A DNA stretch of 64,000 nucleotides from Eledone cirrhosa (lineage: Eukaryota), in NCBI GenBank assembly GCA_964016885.1, contig OZ024750.1:52018001-52082000 (forward strand). The letters are read 5' to 3'. This document shows, piece after piece, positions 43,636 through 60,409 of this stretch. The notes beneath the pieces are model-generated. The model was given only the letters and a program-made list of their open reading frames with translations, ran no database searches and was not told the origin of the DNA. Position numbers and translations under genes: made by a program. The stretch's first letter is position 1. Each line of letters opens with the position of its first letter.

Positions 43636-44251
43636 TTTGTGTGTTAATGTACGCGTGTGTGTGTATATATGTGTGTGTGTGTATATATATGTGTGTGTGT
43701 GTGTGTGGGTGGACCAGTATTTTTGTGATATGTGGATAGAGATGTATGCTGATGTAGGTATGTATGTTGACGTGTGTATGTTGTGGGTTCGTCTTAGGGA
43801 GAAGCGTTTAGACGGAGTCCGTATTTGTTAATAAAGTAAGATGCCTTGCTGATGCGCTGGGTGTGGGTGGCATTATCTTTAAATTTGTAGAGGGGAAAGA
43901 TTTTGGCGCAAAATCAATTTTTGACATTCACGTGACCTCTACCGACCAATCAAAATTGTTTTGACCGCAAGAATTTTTGCAACACGAATTGGCGCGAAAC
44001 TTATTTTAATACCTCTGGAGCCACTTTTTTCACATAAAAACAGGTAGAATTTCCCAAACTAATCAGATTAGAGCAAACATCACGAACGCTCTATCTCAAA
44101 ATTATTTTTGAAAATCATTAGAAATACGCAACCGGTAAAACTTAAAACCAAAACTGAATACTAACCAATACTATTACTAATTTTCACTTATTCCTAATTA
44201 AACTATTTTTCACTGTGAACAATTTGTCAGTATTTTCTTTTCCGTTTATCA

Positions 44252-44356
<105 letters not shown>

Positions 44357-44364
44357 CACACACA

Positions 44365-44454
<90 letters not shown>

Positions 44455-45500
44455 AAAGTGAGGTTTTTTTACAAAATGAAAAATAACCAGTGTCCTACAC
44501 GAGTGAAAGTATAAAGAAAAAAAGATGAAATTGAAAATGCAACTGGAGTCTTATTTTAAAAAATATATATATATATATTTAGTTCCTTTACCAGTTTCGC
44601 AGTTCTTCTGCTTTTCAAAGGAAAAGTAGAGTTGAGATGGAGGGTCTGTGGTTTTTCTCACATCTGGTTGGTCTTTGAATGTTACTTGTTTTATATGGAA
44701 AATGTGGCTCGAAACGCCAGGTTTTTAGAGAAGTAATTTGATTGGTTGGTCAATAAGTATAATAAATTTCGCGCCAGTTCGCGTTACAGAGTTCTTCAAA
44801 CAAAGGGGGGGTGCTCAGGTTTTTTTTTCATATATGAGTGTTTCAATTTATTTTTTACTTTAAAAAAGGGGCTCACGAAGGCTTTTTTTTTAATACAATC
44901 TGATAGGTTATAAATGAAATTATGGCTGTCACCTGAACAAGTTCATTAAATTTCGCGCCCGTATTTCGGAATTTGTTTTGTAGCCTTTTAGAAGGCTTTT
45001 TTTTTAAATATGTAATTTGATTAGTTATAAATGGAATTATGGCTGTCACGTGAATAAGTTCATTAAAATTTCGCGACCGTATTTGGGAATTTATTTTGTA
45101 GCCTTTTAGAGAATTTTATGACAATAAAAAAAGTGGCTCCCGAAGGCTTTTTTTCAAAAATGCAATTTGATTGGTTATAAATGAAATTATGATTGTCACG
45201 TGAACAAGTTCCGCGCTCGTATTATTTATTTTATCCCGCCGAGGTTGACTTTGCCTTTCATCCTTACGGGGTGGATAAAATAAAGTACCAGTAATGCACT
45301 GGTTAATTGCTGGCCTTGTGCCTAAAGTAGAAACAATTAGTTATTTTGTAGCCATTTAGAGAATTTTATGACAAGCAAAAGAATGGTCAAGAGAAATGGG
45401 ATGGGAGAATTGTTCTGGTTTAGTGAATATGGCTAGTTCGCTGGGGTGCCAGAGTTCAGATTTTCTATTGAAATAAAGAAAGTAGACATATGTATGTTTA

Positions 45501-45600
<100 letters not shown>

Positions 45601-47260
45601 GGGAGATGATTCTATTGGTAGAAATGGGGGAGGGAGTTGTGTGTGTGTGTGTGGGAGTATGTTAAGATGGAGAGAATATATATATTTTGTGTGTGTGTAG
45701 GAAAGTGATTCTATTAGTAGAAATGGGGGAGGGAGTTGTGTGTGTGGGGGGTGTTATGTGTGTGTGTATGGGTGTTATGTGTGTGTGTGTGGGAGTATGG
45801 TTAGCATGTTAAGATGAAGAGAATATATATTTTGTGAGTGTGTGTGTGTGTGTGCGTGTGTATGTGTGTGTAGGAAAATGATTCCGTTAGTAAGAATATT
45901 TTTGAATGAACATATTTTCCTTACTTATTCGTATTTGTTCTGTTGTATTGTCAGCGCAAACGTATGTTAAGGTTTATTTAGTTCGGGATTTTATTTTCTA
46001 AAGTAGAAGGTGTTATGTGTGTATGTATGTGTCTGTTTGGATGGTTAGCATGTTATGGTGTTGACATAATCTATATTAAACCATATTTAATGCTGGTCTA
46101 TATTTTTGAATAAACATATTTTCCTTATTTATTCGTATTTGTTCAGCGCAAAGGTAAAATGGGAAGACTTGGAATTTGGGTGTCTTATTACTTGCGCAAA
46201 TGTCTAGATGTGCGCTTAGTGGTATCTGTCTCGTGGTTGGATCTCGTAATTGTTGGCGATGAACTGCCATTCTATTTCTGAGTGTGAGTTTAGTTTGTCC
46301 TATATAATCTTCATTGCATCTTTTACATTTAATGGCATAAATTAGATTTTTTGATGAGCGAGTGAAGTGATTTTTTACAGCAAAATTTTGTCCTGATTTA
46401 AATTATACGTGTTGCCTTCAATGAGGTTAGTGCAGGTTCCACAATTAGAGCGACCACATTTGTTGACAGTTGGTTGTGAGTTTGTGGTAGGTAATTTGGC
46501 ATTGGTGAGTAATGTTTTCAGTGATTTCGGTTGTCTTTTGCTTTTGATTATTTTGTGTGTTTCAAGGGCTTTTTTCATTCTGGGGTCTTGTTTCAGTAGT
46601 GGGATGTTCTTGTGAATAGTGTTGTAAGCTTTCGCATTTCTTGGGTTGTGTGTTGAGATATATGATAGAATATTGGACGTACCTTGAATTTGTTTCTGTT
46701 TCCGTAATTCATCAATGCCTATTACTTTAGCCCTTTCTATTCCATTATTTATTAGTAATGGTGGGTACTGTCTTTCGAGTAAAATTTCCTTTAATTCTTG
46801 AAGTCTTTTATTTCGCGTTTCATAATTGGAGACAATTGTGCAAATTCTTCTTGCTAGGTTAAAAGGAATGTTCGTCTTCGTGTGCTTTGGATGGTTGGAG
46901 GTGAATAGCAGGTATTGTTTGGAATCTGTTGGTTTATAGTGTATGTCAGTTTCAATATTTGTGTCTTTTTTTAAGATTAAGATGTCCAGAAATAGGAGTT
47001 GATCTGGCGCGAAATTTATTATACTTATTGACCAACCAATCAAATTACTTTTCTAAAAACCTGGCGTTTCGGGCCACTTTTTTCCATATAAAATAAGTAA
47101 CATTCAAAGACCAACCAGATGTGAGAAAACCCACAGACCCTCCATCTCAACTCTACTTTTGAAAAGCAGAAGAACTGCGAAACCGTTAAAGGAACCAAAT
47201 AAATATATATATATTTTTTTAAATAAGATTCCAGTTGCATTTTCGATTTCCTCTTTTTTT

Positions 47261-47314
<54 letters not shown>

Positions 47315-48236
47315 TTCTAGGGAGGGTAATTTTCCCGAGATCCATGGACGAGTTCTCTCCAGCGGTCTCTGTCCCTCATCATCGCTGCCATGTCCTGCGT
47401 CTCCAACAGACCAGTGTCTGTCCTTAGGGCATCAACATACATTAACCTTGGTCTTCCTCTTCCATTGTGTCCATGTAGGGGCTCCCACAGGAGCACTGAG
47501 TGCAATGTCAACTCTGGATGTCGGTGAACATGTCCAGCTAACCTCAGTTTCCTCTGTGTCACTTTTGAGCTGACTTTTGGAGGCTCCCATACAGCTCTGG
47601 GAGATCAGGCCGCTGTTTGAGGAACTGGATATTGAGACAGAGCCCTTCACCAGAGAGGAGCTTCAGAGAGCCAAGAAGAGGATCAAGGAGGGCAAGGCTC
47701 ATGAAGAAGATGGCGTGGCATCAGAGGTGATGAAGAGGTGTGATTTTGATATCATCCTGTGGTTCTGTAACCAGGCACTGGAGAAAGGAGTTGCCCCGAA
47801 TCAGTGGCGGATCAGTAACATCGTCCCAGTGCCAAAGAAGGGAGATCTCTCTAACACAAACAACTACCGGGGGATCTCACTGACGTCACTTGTGGCAAAG
47901 ACCCTCAACAGGATGATTCTTAACAGGATCCAGTCTGAGATGGAGAAGAAGCTCAGGGACAACCAGAACGGCTTCAGAGAGGGGAGATCAACCACCAGTC
48001 ACATCCTGATGCTGAGGCGGATATTAGAGGGAGCTAGAGTAAAGTGCCTTCCTGCGGTCATGGTTTTCATTGACTTTAGGAAGGCCTTTGATTCTGTGGA
48101 CCGTCACTGCCTGATGAAGATCTTACAGGCTTATGGAATCCCCAAGAAGATAGTGGACCTGATATCACTGCTCTACACCAACACCAAAGCCCAAGTCATT
48201 ACACCTGATGGGATGACAGCGTTCTTTGAGATATAT

Positions 48237-48363
<127 letters not shown>

Positions 48364-48500
48364 TATATATATAAATATATATATAAATGGCTTCTACGGG
48401 ACTAGAACTGTTTCATTCGGGAGAAATTATTTACTGCGGTTACCCCCGATTGCACCAGGGATAAATATATATATATGTGTGTGTATGTGTGTGTATGTGT

Positions 48501-48624
<124 letters not shown>

Positions 48625-48693
48625 TCTACACTCACACCCTTTGACAAAATTGTTCATCTAACTAATTTTCCCATAGACATAGCTGAGTGATTA

Positions 48694-48771
<78 letters not shown>

Positions 48772-48956
48772 CGAAGGAAATATGGTAAGGAACCAGGTGG
48801 ACCATAACGCACCAAAGTACTCAATACTTAGGGTAGTAGAGTGGGTAATAGGAACAAGTAAGACCCCGACGGCTGAGCTCAAGCCGTTTCGCCGTTTCAG
48901 TACAGAATTAGCCGTCGAAACGGCTTGAGCTCAGCCGTCGGGGTCTTACTTGTTCC

Positions 48957-48987
<31 letters not shown>

Positions 48988-49126
48988 CATGTTATTAATA
49001 ATAATAAGTCTAATATATATATATATATATAAGGTGATCAAGGTGATATTCATATAAGACGTATACTATTATCCTCTGTGTTCCAGAAGTCTTTGTTTCT
49101 GTTATATTTTGTGTTCACTTTCTAAT

Positions 49127-49210
<84 letters not shown>

Positions 49211-49312
49211 TCACTCAGCTATGTCGATGGGAAAGTTAGTTAGATGAACAATTTTGTCAAAGTGTGTGTGTAGGATTAAAAAATTGACATAATATTTAGT
49301 TGTGTGTATATG

Positions 49313-49347
<35 letters not shown>

Positions 49348-50125
49348 CGGATGATAGCTAAGATGCTTCCATAGGCGGTATGCCGGTTGAGCACTCTATG
49401 CTCTTACAGAGCAGAATGTGATATAATATAAAACGAAATATCAGTGATGCATCTGAACTCAATTTATTGTGTTACAAATGTTTCGCCGGCGGACAGCTCG
49501 ACACGCGGTCATTGTGTGGATCTGTCTGATTCTGGACCCGCAGGTTCGACGGATACGTCTAATGGTTTCGGAGCATATTCTCTCACTGAAGTATATATAT
49601 ATGGGCCAGAACTGTCAAAAACTTCATCCTCTTCGCGCGTCCAGTGATTGGCCGCTGGTTGTCTACGTCATCATAAATTCTGACCACAGGTATCATTCCG
49701 CTGTCCCATGTCCACTTCAAAATATTTAGGAAGACTGTTTAGCGCACGGGGTAACCTCATGCGGTTATCCAGTGTCTAGCTAGCCTAATACTCGTGCTGC
49801 TAGAAATAACAGCCGTTTGTATTCGAAACATATTTGGATTTTAGGGTTTAAACCTGTCTACGGAACAGGTTTGATTTTGAAATTTAAATTTGTCCAAGCA
49901 CTACGGCCATTGCCAGTACAATTTGTTTTTGTTGATTTATGATGTATTATCTTAAGTCATGATAGGCAAACTGTAATATTATTATTAGTATATTTCTATC
50001 TAGCTAACTTGGTCATTTACAATACAAACATAAATATGAGGATATTTGTGTTTATCAAATATATTGATTTGTGTTAACCTATATTACACGGCTCAGAAAT
50101 ACTCTTTCTTCGAGCAATTTCATTG

Positions 50126-50214
<89 letters not shown>

Positions 50215-50750
50215 TACCAAAATATACGGCAATGTCCAATCCGTATGAAGAACTCAATCTAATCCAAATATCATATATATATATATATAACGGAGGAAAT
50301 GTGGTAAGGAACCAGGTGGACCATAACGCACCAAAGTACTCAATACTTAGGGTAGTAGAGTGGGTAATAGGAACGAATAGGAACCCGACGGCTGAGCTCA
50401 AGCCGTTGCTTGAGCTCAGCCGTCGGGGTCCTACTCGTTCCTATATATATATATATGTATGTATGTATAGTATGTCAATCACCAGACCATTTGAGGCCAC
50501 GCCCCATCACGTCATTTGTTCCTAACTTGTTCACTCCTACTCATCATTGTGTAGTCATTCGTGTCTTTCAGAGTGAATATAAAACAGCTGAACACAAGCA
50601 GCGCATCAGAAGCACCGCGTCCATTTCTACAGAAACACCACAACCTCAACAGAGACACCACAACCTCAACAGAAACACCTCAACCTCACCAGAAACACCA
50701 CAACCTCAACAGAAACACCACAACCTCAACAGAAACACCTCAACCTCAAC

Positions 50751-50832
50751 ATGTCTATCAATATTTTTGGTGGTAAATGGGTCCAAGATGAGGAGGTGTC
50801 CGGTGATTACGTGGACTTTCTAAAGCATTTCG
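50751..50832 (+). CDS. FABP: FABP/iLBP family protein, copy 2, exon 1
   Basis: Identical to 15602-15683; donor GTGAGC. Confidence 0.85.
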
Positions 50833-50908
50833 GTGAGCGGAACCTTTTTTATTTTGTTTACTACACTTTGATCTGAGCCATATAATGTAATATATGAATG
50901 TATATATA

Positions 50909-50940
<32 letters not shown>

Positions 50941-51411
50941 CGGGTCATTCTCGAGTGCTACTGGTAACATGTAACCCAGTACAACTTGTCTCATTGTCGG
51001 GTCGTCGGCGAGTAAACTGGCAACCCCACCAAGTTTGCTTGGTGAGGGGGATGAATTACAAGACCCGGCAAAGGGCGGAGAAACTCAACAGAGTCAGCGG
51101 CCATCCTAATAATACTTTTTTTACCTGGGAGTGAAAGGCCGCCAGTTGTTGTCACAACACCTTTCTAGGATAGGGAAACACTGAAGAAAAAGCCTGCGAC
51201 TTCGGAAGGATCCGACGATGTTGACCAGATCTCCTTTTCTGGTAGTGTTTTCGATGCTCAGGGAATGGGATTGGTCGAGTAAAAACACCTTCAAAGCACA
51301 GGCATTACTTGTTTAGGATCTGTTACAGATTTGTGTGGCTGGCAGTAGCCTAGAATTCCACCAAATTCTATAATCTGACGAGCGATTGCAATACTCTTAG
51401 CAGAGTTTGCA

Positions 51412-51661
<250 letters not shown>

Positions 51662-52178
51662 CACTTACCTACAAATGTTGTAATCCTAATTCTTTCCCCC
51701 TTCTATTATTACATGCGGCCCTTGCCATTCTGAGTTCAAATCCCGCCGAGGTTAACTTTGCCTTGAATCCTTACGGGGTAGATAAAATGAAGTACCAGTA
51801 ATCTACTGGGTAATTGCGGCCTTTACATATTCATAATACTACTTCTGTTTCCCAGAATATTTTTTCCTTTGATATAATATATAATATTGATTTAATACCT
51901 ATCTTAATTGATTATAAGCAGCATAGAGACTGAATAACGGTTTGGTTGGGTTTTTTTACCAATCTAATTACGCTATATTTTAAATAATGTATTAAATGTT
52001 TAAACTAATTGTAATTATTCTCCTAGTCACGTAACCTTCTGTGTTAGTTTTTTTCTAGTCATATTCTTGGTGGTCAACGATCTGTCCATCTCGTTGACTA
52101 CTAGCATATCATGAACAAATTATACAACTTTATACAATTTTATACAACTTTATACTATTATATATGTGTGTGTGTGTG

Positions 52179-52221
<43 letters not shown>

Positions 52222-52731
52222 GGGGGGGGGTATATGAAAACATACGAGGTGTGTCAGAAAAGTTCCAGGACTGATGTCACAAAAGATATATTTCAAACCC
52301 AAAGTTCACACTAAGAGTTTTCTCCTTCAAAGTAATCCCCTGGAGTCTAATGCACTTTTCCATCCTTTTCTGCCACGCTTGCATGCACTCCTGAAAGGAT
52401 TCTTCCGGTCTCCTCCGCAATTCCGTCGTCAAGGCCTTTTTGATGTCGTCCACGTCTTCAAAACGGGTTCCCTCCGGGTCGTACTCGAAGATCCATGACT
52501 CATCACCGGTCATGACTGTCCCTAGCAAGTCTGGTTCGGTTTCAAGACGCTTGAGGATGTCCTGGCACACCTGCATGCGTCGACCCTTCTGGTCATCGTT
52601 CAGCAGTTTTGGCACCATCTTCGCGCAGACTTTCCGCATGTCCAAATCTTCAGTAAGAATCTTCCAGACGCTGTCCCATTTTCATGCCCAGCTCATTTGC
52701 CATCAGTCGAATAGTCAGCCGACGATCTCTA

Positions 52732-53049
<318 letters not shown>

Positions 53050-53611
53050 CTAAGTGTGAAGTTTGGGCTTGAAATAAATCTTTTGTGACATCAGTCCTGG
53101 AACTTTTCTGACACACCTCGTGTATATGTTCATACACAATAAACACATGGGCTGTCTCACTGGGGAAGAAAAATATTTGTTCGTAACGAAGAAAGAGTAT
53201 TTTTCTCTATTTTCCTCTGTGGATATATCACAGAGTTGCCAGTATATTTTGAGAATGTGACAGAAGCTATTGAGGCGTCAGATACTTTGCAGTGTTCATG
53301 CCAGTTCTTTCCGCTGTAAATTCGAATCTCACCGAGGCGAAATTTGCCGTTCATCATTTTTGGGTGGATATGAAGAACCAGGGAAATAGAAGCCCGCATT
53401 ATTCATAAGTTTGACAAGGCTGAAACCTAGGGGACCCCATTGAGTGTATGTGTCTGTCAAGTTAGTAGCTGTAGTGTGACGAAATACTGAAGTTGCTAGA
53501 GGGCGCCCCTGAAATCATAGGGGCCTGGCTATGGGTTAATACGGCGTAGGTCAAGCATACCACAAGATCACACCATGGGCACGAAAAGATAGAAAGTTGG
53601 CCTTTCTCTTT

Positions 53612-53638
53612 CTGATGACGGTTTTGTCCGAAACGTTA
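53612..53638 (+). ncRNA. Minimal hammerhead-like motif, present only in copy 2
   Basis: CTGATGA-C-GG-TTTTGT-CC-GAAA-CGTTA; stem I not evident. Confidence 0.4.
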
Positions 53639-56600
53639 CACTTCTCGACTTCTTCACACCATAAAACATTTCAATATTTGAATCATTTGTATTAGTTTTT
53701 TCCCCTGCTATATAACACATCACTTGTTACCCCTGCTATATAACACATCACTTGTTTCCCCTGCTATATAATACATCACTTGTTTCCCCTGCTATATAAC
53801 ACATCACTTGTTACCCCTGCTATATAACACATCCCTTGTTTCCCCTGCTATATAACACATCACTTGTTACCCCTGCTATATAACACATCCCTTGTTTCCC
53901 CTGCTATATAATACATCACTTGTTTCCCCTGCTATATAACACATCCCTTGTTTCCCCTGCTATATAACACATCACTTGTTTCCCCTGCTATATAATACAT
54001 CACTTGTTACCCCTGCTATATAACACATCACTTGTTACCCCTGCTATATAACACATCACTTGTTACCCCTGCTATATAACACATCACTTGTTACCCCTGC
54101 TATATAACACATCCCTTGTTTCCCCTGCTATATAACACATCACTTGTTACCCCTGCTATATAACACATCACTTGTTACCCCTGCTATATAACACATCCCT
54201 TGTTTCCTCTGCTATATAACACATCCCTTGTTTCCCCTGCTATATAACACATCACTTGTTACCCCTGCTATATAACACATCCCTTGTTTCCCCTGCTATA
54301 TAACACATCCCTTGTTTCCCCTGCTATATAACACATCACTTGTTACCCCTGCTATATAACACATCACTTGTTTCCCCTGCTATATAATACATCACTTGTT
54401 TCCCCTGCTATATAACACATCACTTGTTTCCCCTGCTATATAACACATCCCTTGTTTCCCCTGCTATATAACACATCCCTTGTTTCCCCTGCTATATATC
54501 ACATCCCTTCTTTCCCCTGCTATATAACACATCCCTTGTTATCCCTGCTATATAACCCATCCCTTGTTACCCCTGCTATACTATATATTGAGTCTTTGAG
54601 CAAAACATCTTTCACCTGGCACCGATTCCCTCAACTGGTATACCATGAGTTGTATTTGTAAGGACTGACCTTATCGCAGTGTGTGACAAAGGGTGTAACA
54701 CAATATGTTGCAGAGTGGGTAACACAGTGTGTGACAAAGTATGTAACACAGTGAGACAAAGTTAACCCATTGAATTGTTGGTACAACTCATTTTTGTCAG
54801 CTGGACTGGAACCTTGCGAAATAAAGTAACTTGTTCAATGACACAACGTTCCACCGGGAATTGAACTCAAGACCTGTATGTATCCAATATAGCGGTTGTT
54901 GGTCCACCATAGACTACTTTCCTTATCTATATTACTCTGAATCTGGATTTTCCAGGCAAAATATCCAAGCACGAATTTTTGCTGATAAGCATGCAGTTTT
55001 TCATGCATGGATTCACTGCGATACTGCTGAGCGACTTCCCTGGGTGTGAGTTTTTGATTATCACACAGAGAATATCTCTCGAGGAGCTCCTTTCAAGCTC
55101 TCATGATCCGATCTGTTTCATGCAGATAGATTTCCTCGAGTGATGGGCTCCTGCACTTCGAGGTTCGTAGATGTTGTCAGAGGGATATGATGCGACATTC
55201 AAATGTTGTCTGGACTGATGTTAGGCCTCTCCCTTACGCTTACGTTTCAAATAAAGGCGGTCTATGTCACTTGATGTGGAAGTTTCCGGTGTAGTTTAGT
55301 ATTTTTCGAGTTCTAACATCAACTGCTCGGATTTCGTATATTGTCCAATTGAGTATTCCAAACGTTGGTGTTAGGACAGGCACAGCAAACACATTGTGAG
55401 CCACTGTTTTGTTTTGCGCAGAGAGTTCCGGGGACCATATCTTTCTTAATCGGGTGTAGTATTCCCTGATTACGCGTTCCTTATTACAGATACCATTATA
55501 GGATATGTTCTCATCTATCCCCAGGTAACTGTAGCAGTCCTCATCAGATATCGGTGAAACAGTTAGGCCATTGATGACAATGTTGCTATATTGGGTTGTT
55601 GTTTTTCCCCGCTTTACAGTCATATATGATCATTTATCTTGGCCAAACTCCATTCCTATATCCTTTGAGAACGTTGTAACCAGGTCAAGATTTTTCTTCG
55701 TCCCATCCATGTTCTTGGCATAGAATTTCAGGTCATCCACAGAGAAATTATGGGTTAGGTTCATATTTCTGTCCTCCTCTGAGCCAATGATGTATCCTTC
55801 ACATTTCTTGAGCAGAAAGGAGGACAAGGGTTTTAATGACAAGATGAATAATATCACAGAGAAACTGTCTCCCTGAAATATACCCCTGCGATATTTTATT
55901 TTATCAATGAAAATAGAGTCCTCTCTCTCTCTCTGTCTTTAACTTTAGGATAGTAGCCCAAGAAGAAGACAACTTCTCTATGGCTCTGATAATAATTTCT
56001 GGGACTTTAGCAAGTTGGAGGGCCTCTATCATCCAAGAGTGGAGAACAGAATCGAAAGATTTCCTGTAGGCCAGCCAGACTGTAGCCATATTCCTTCTAA
56101 GTTGTCGCACCTCCGACATAGCAGTTTTGTTCATTAGGAGTTGTTCAGCACATCCCCAAACCCCTTTCAAACGCCATGCTTTCCAGCATAGTTACGTCCC
56201 TTTACGATCTGAGTTCAAATCCCGCCGAGGTTGACTTTGCCTTTCATCCTTACAGGGTCGATAAAATAAAGTACTAGTAATGCACTGGGTAATTGCTGGC
56301 CTTGTGCCTAAAGTAGAAACAATTATCGATAGTATTTTCCACAATAGTCGAGGTAGACTCAGATAGTACACGTGGTGTCAAATTTCTTTGATTATTATTA
56401 TTCCTTCGATTTTTATTATTATAGATAGTGTCTTCCGCAGCATTCGAGGTAGACTTAGATGGTACACGTGACGTAAAATTTCTTACAGGCATAGTTGTTT
56501 AAAGGCACTGTTCGACCTGGCTGCTAGGAACTCTAGTGGCATGGCGAGCTGTAGCACGTGTTGTTGATTCCATGTTTGTTGTGGAGGACTTTCAAATAAT

Positions 56601-57489
56601 AATATTTATCTTATTTGTACGTTCAACAAACGTCGCTTGTTGGCGTAATTGTTTCGCTGTGAAATAGTTTAGCTCTGGGTGTATTTCGTCCCAGTGTAGC
56701 TTCATTCTGTTCATATAGCCAATGGAGGGGTTGTTTGGTTTTTTTTGCCATTTCATAACAATTAAATAAATCATTATTAAGTTCGCAACTCCAGAGAAAT
56801 GCGATTTATAATTTCGGTTTCTTCTGTAGCTACAACTGAATACATTTTGTTTACCTTTCTCGTTTTTCTTCGGTATTCCACTGATATTGTTGTTGTTGAG
56901 GTTGTGTTCAGCCATGCTGTTTGTAGCAAATCCTTGAAAAATGAACTATATATTTAGTCGGATATCTCTACGAATTCGAATAAAAGGTGTTTTCAGTGGA
57001 TATAGTTAGAAGAATAACCAGTTATTCAACATGACTGTAGTTGTGGCATTATTGTCGGAGATAGTATTCATCTTAAATTTAATAAATAGTCTCCCACGCC
57101 AAAATATGCGACTGATCGCGTTGACTGACTATGTGTGTATATATGTATGTATGTGTGTATGTATTATGTGAGTATGTATGTGCGTATGTATGTATGTGTG
57201 TATGTGTGTATGTATGTATGTGTGTATGTGTGTATGTATGTATGTGTGTATGTGTGTATGTATGTATGTGTGTGTATATGTATGTGTGTGTATATGTATG
57301 TCTGTATGTATGTGTGTATGTATATATGTATGTATGTGTGTATGTATGTATGTATGTATGTATATGTGTATGTATGTGTGTATGTATGTATGTGTGTATG
57401 TATGTGTCTATGTATGTGTGTATGTATATATGTATGTATGGATGGGTTGATGGATGGATAAATAAACAGATAGATGCAATATATATGTA

Positions 57490-57526
<37 letters not shown>

Positions 57527-58414
57527 AAATGTGAGTGTGTATGAATGTATGTGTGTGGGGGGGGGGGGGTATTAGAAATTTGTGAATATGTTCTCCAAAA
57601 TGCAGCGAACTATAAATTATACTTGATAACTAAGTGAGATGAAATATCGTTAGAGAAGGGAAAAAGTGAAGATTTACATCCTATATATATGAAGGTCTTG
57701 ATGAAACAAGAACTTCGGTGGTACTGGGAAGTAACCAAACACCATTGATAACAATAATTATTTTGACACTAAACATTCTATATCAGTCCCTTATGTACTG
57801 CATTATCATCATTGTTACCAGAACTGTGGATTGGCAGTATCGGTAGAGGGGCGGACGCCATGCTTTCCAGCATAATTACGTCCCTTTACGATCTGAGTTC
57901 AAATCCCGCCGAGGTTGACTTTGCCTTTCATCCTTACGGGGTCGATAAAATAAAGTACCAGTAATGCACTGGATAATTGCTGGCCTTGTGCCTAAAGTAG
58001 AAACAATTATTACCAGAACCATCGTTTTAAGCCTTCCATGCTGGAATGGGTTGGACTGGATTTTACGGTCCGAGGGTATACATGTTGGAAAATAAACGTC
58101 ATCTTGCTATGTTCCATATTTGGTATGGTTTCTACATTTAGATACTCTTACTAGCACCAGCCCCTCTTATAAGGTATACTGAGTGCATTTTATTGTGGCA
58201 GCTACACTACTATTTCATAGGTTGTACCAGATATATTTTATCGTGACACCAGGATTGCCACTTTACAGAATGTACTGGGTATATATATATTAAAATAACA
58301 GATTAAAGCTTAAGTAAAGAATCGCTGCTTTCACTCTTAACGGGATCTTCTGATATATCTTTTGATATATATATTATCCTTAACGAGCCCTCTTCGGATT
58401 TTAGTCTTAACATT

Positions 58415-58420
58415 TATTAC

Positions 58421-58485
<65 letters not shown>
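58415..58485. repeat. (TTA)n tract: empty target site of the 22822-25006 LINE
   Basis: Flanks match 22790-22821 and 25052 onward, with no insert. Confidence 0.92.
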
Positions 58486-58490
<5 letters not shown>

Positions 58491-60409
58491 GAGAATAGAC
58501 TAAAAACTATTTCAGTCTTATTACACCTTAAGTAGCTCAAATACTATACAGGCTCTATTAAATACTATACAGGCTTTATTAAAAGTAAACATTGCAAGCA
58601 AAAAATGGATTTTAAATTAAAAATATAATTTCACCTACAAAGTCATGCTTATACAGCGGTTTCATTCTCGGAAAGAAATGGATATTAATTAAGATAATTA
58701 ATTAATAAATTAAGAAACCGAAAACTTATCAGTAAGCAATGTCTTAAACATACCTTATGGCTTTTAGAAGAAAATTCAAGTGAAATACCTTGTGTTGTTA
58801 CTTGTGTTTGTGTGTGTATGTGTGTGTTTGTGTGTGTATCTGTGTGTATGTGTGTATTTGTGTGTGTATGTGTGTGTTTTGTGTGTGTGTATGTGTGTGT
58901 GTTTGTATGTGTGTGTATGTGTATGTGTGTGTATGTGTATCTGTGTGTGTATGGTTTATGTATGTGTGTGTTTGTGTGTGAGTGTTTGTGTATGTGTGTT
59001 TGTGTGTTTGTGTGTGTGTTTGTGCGTGTTTGTGTGTGTGTATGTATGTGTTTGTGTGTTTGTGCATGTATGTGTGTGTGTTTGTGTGTGTATGAGCGTT
59101 TGTGTGTGTGTAAGTGTGTGTTTGTGTATGTGTGCATATGTGTGTGTAAGTGTATGCGTGTGCGTTTGTGTGTATGTGTGCATGTGTGTGTTTGTGTATG
59201 TGTGCATGTGTTTGTGTATCTGAGTATGAGTATATGTATGTGTGTGTGTGTATGTGTTTGTGTGTATATGTGTGCATGTATGGGTATGTATGTGCGTGTA
59301 TGTTTGTGTATATGTGTATATCTATGTGTGTATATATGTGTATGTGTGTTTGTGTGTGTGTGTGTGTGTGTATACATGTGTATATGTGTGTATATGTGTA
59401 TGTGTGTGTATGTGTATGTGTGTGTTTGTGTATGTGTGTATATATGTGTGTGTGTGTATGTGTGAGTACATAATGCTTAACGTTTCCTATTTGCTGCCAA
59501 ATTGTTCGATAAAGACCAGGTGGACGCAATACTTCCGAACTTTTCAATTCTCAAATCAGCTTAAAACCAATGGAGACACTTGAATCCTTCGTTCTGTGTG
59601 TTTAACACAGAAACCCATAAAACAAGTGTTTAGTTATATATAATATGTTATATAATGTGGAAGTTATACAATGTAAAATGGACGACCAGATGAAGGTAAA
59701 GAAATATTTAGTAACCTGGTAATATTTATTGCTGTTGTTTCTTTTTGCGAATATTTCTAATTGTTACGGTTTCTTCTCCAAAGAGAAGAAACCGGAACAG
59801 TTTTCTCTGAGTTCCTTATACTCTGATAAAGTTCCTTATACTCTGATAAAGTCCCTTAGACTCTGATAAAGTTCCTTATACTCTGATATAGTTCCTTAGA
59901 CTCTGATAAACTTCCTTATACTCTGATAAAGTTCCGTATACACTTATGAAGTTCCTTACACTCTGCTAAAATTCCTTATACTCTGATAAAGTTCCTTATA
60001 CTCTTATGAAGTTCCTTATACTATGATAAAGTTCCTGATGCATTGATAAAGTTTCTTATACTCCTTTAAAGTTCCTTATACTCTGATAAAGTTCCTTATA
60101 CTCTTATAAAGTTCCTTATACTCTTATAAACTTCCTGATACGCTGATAAAGTTCCTGATACGCTGATAAAGTTCCTTATACTCTTATAAAGTTCCTTATA
60201 CTCTGATAAAGTTCCTTATACTCTGAAGAAGGGAATTTTAAGCATCAAAGATTACCAGGTAACTAAATATTTCTTTACCTTCATCTTAACGTCCATTTTA
60301 CATTGTATAACTTTCCACATTATATAACATATTATATACAATACTTCAAGCAAACAACATTTTATTAAATATATATAATGTGTGCCTTTTGTTTTTCTTT
60401 TTGCTGCAG

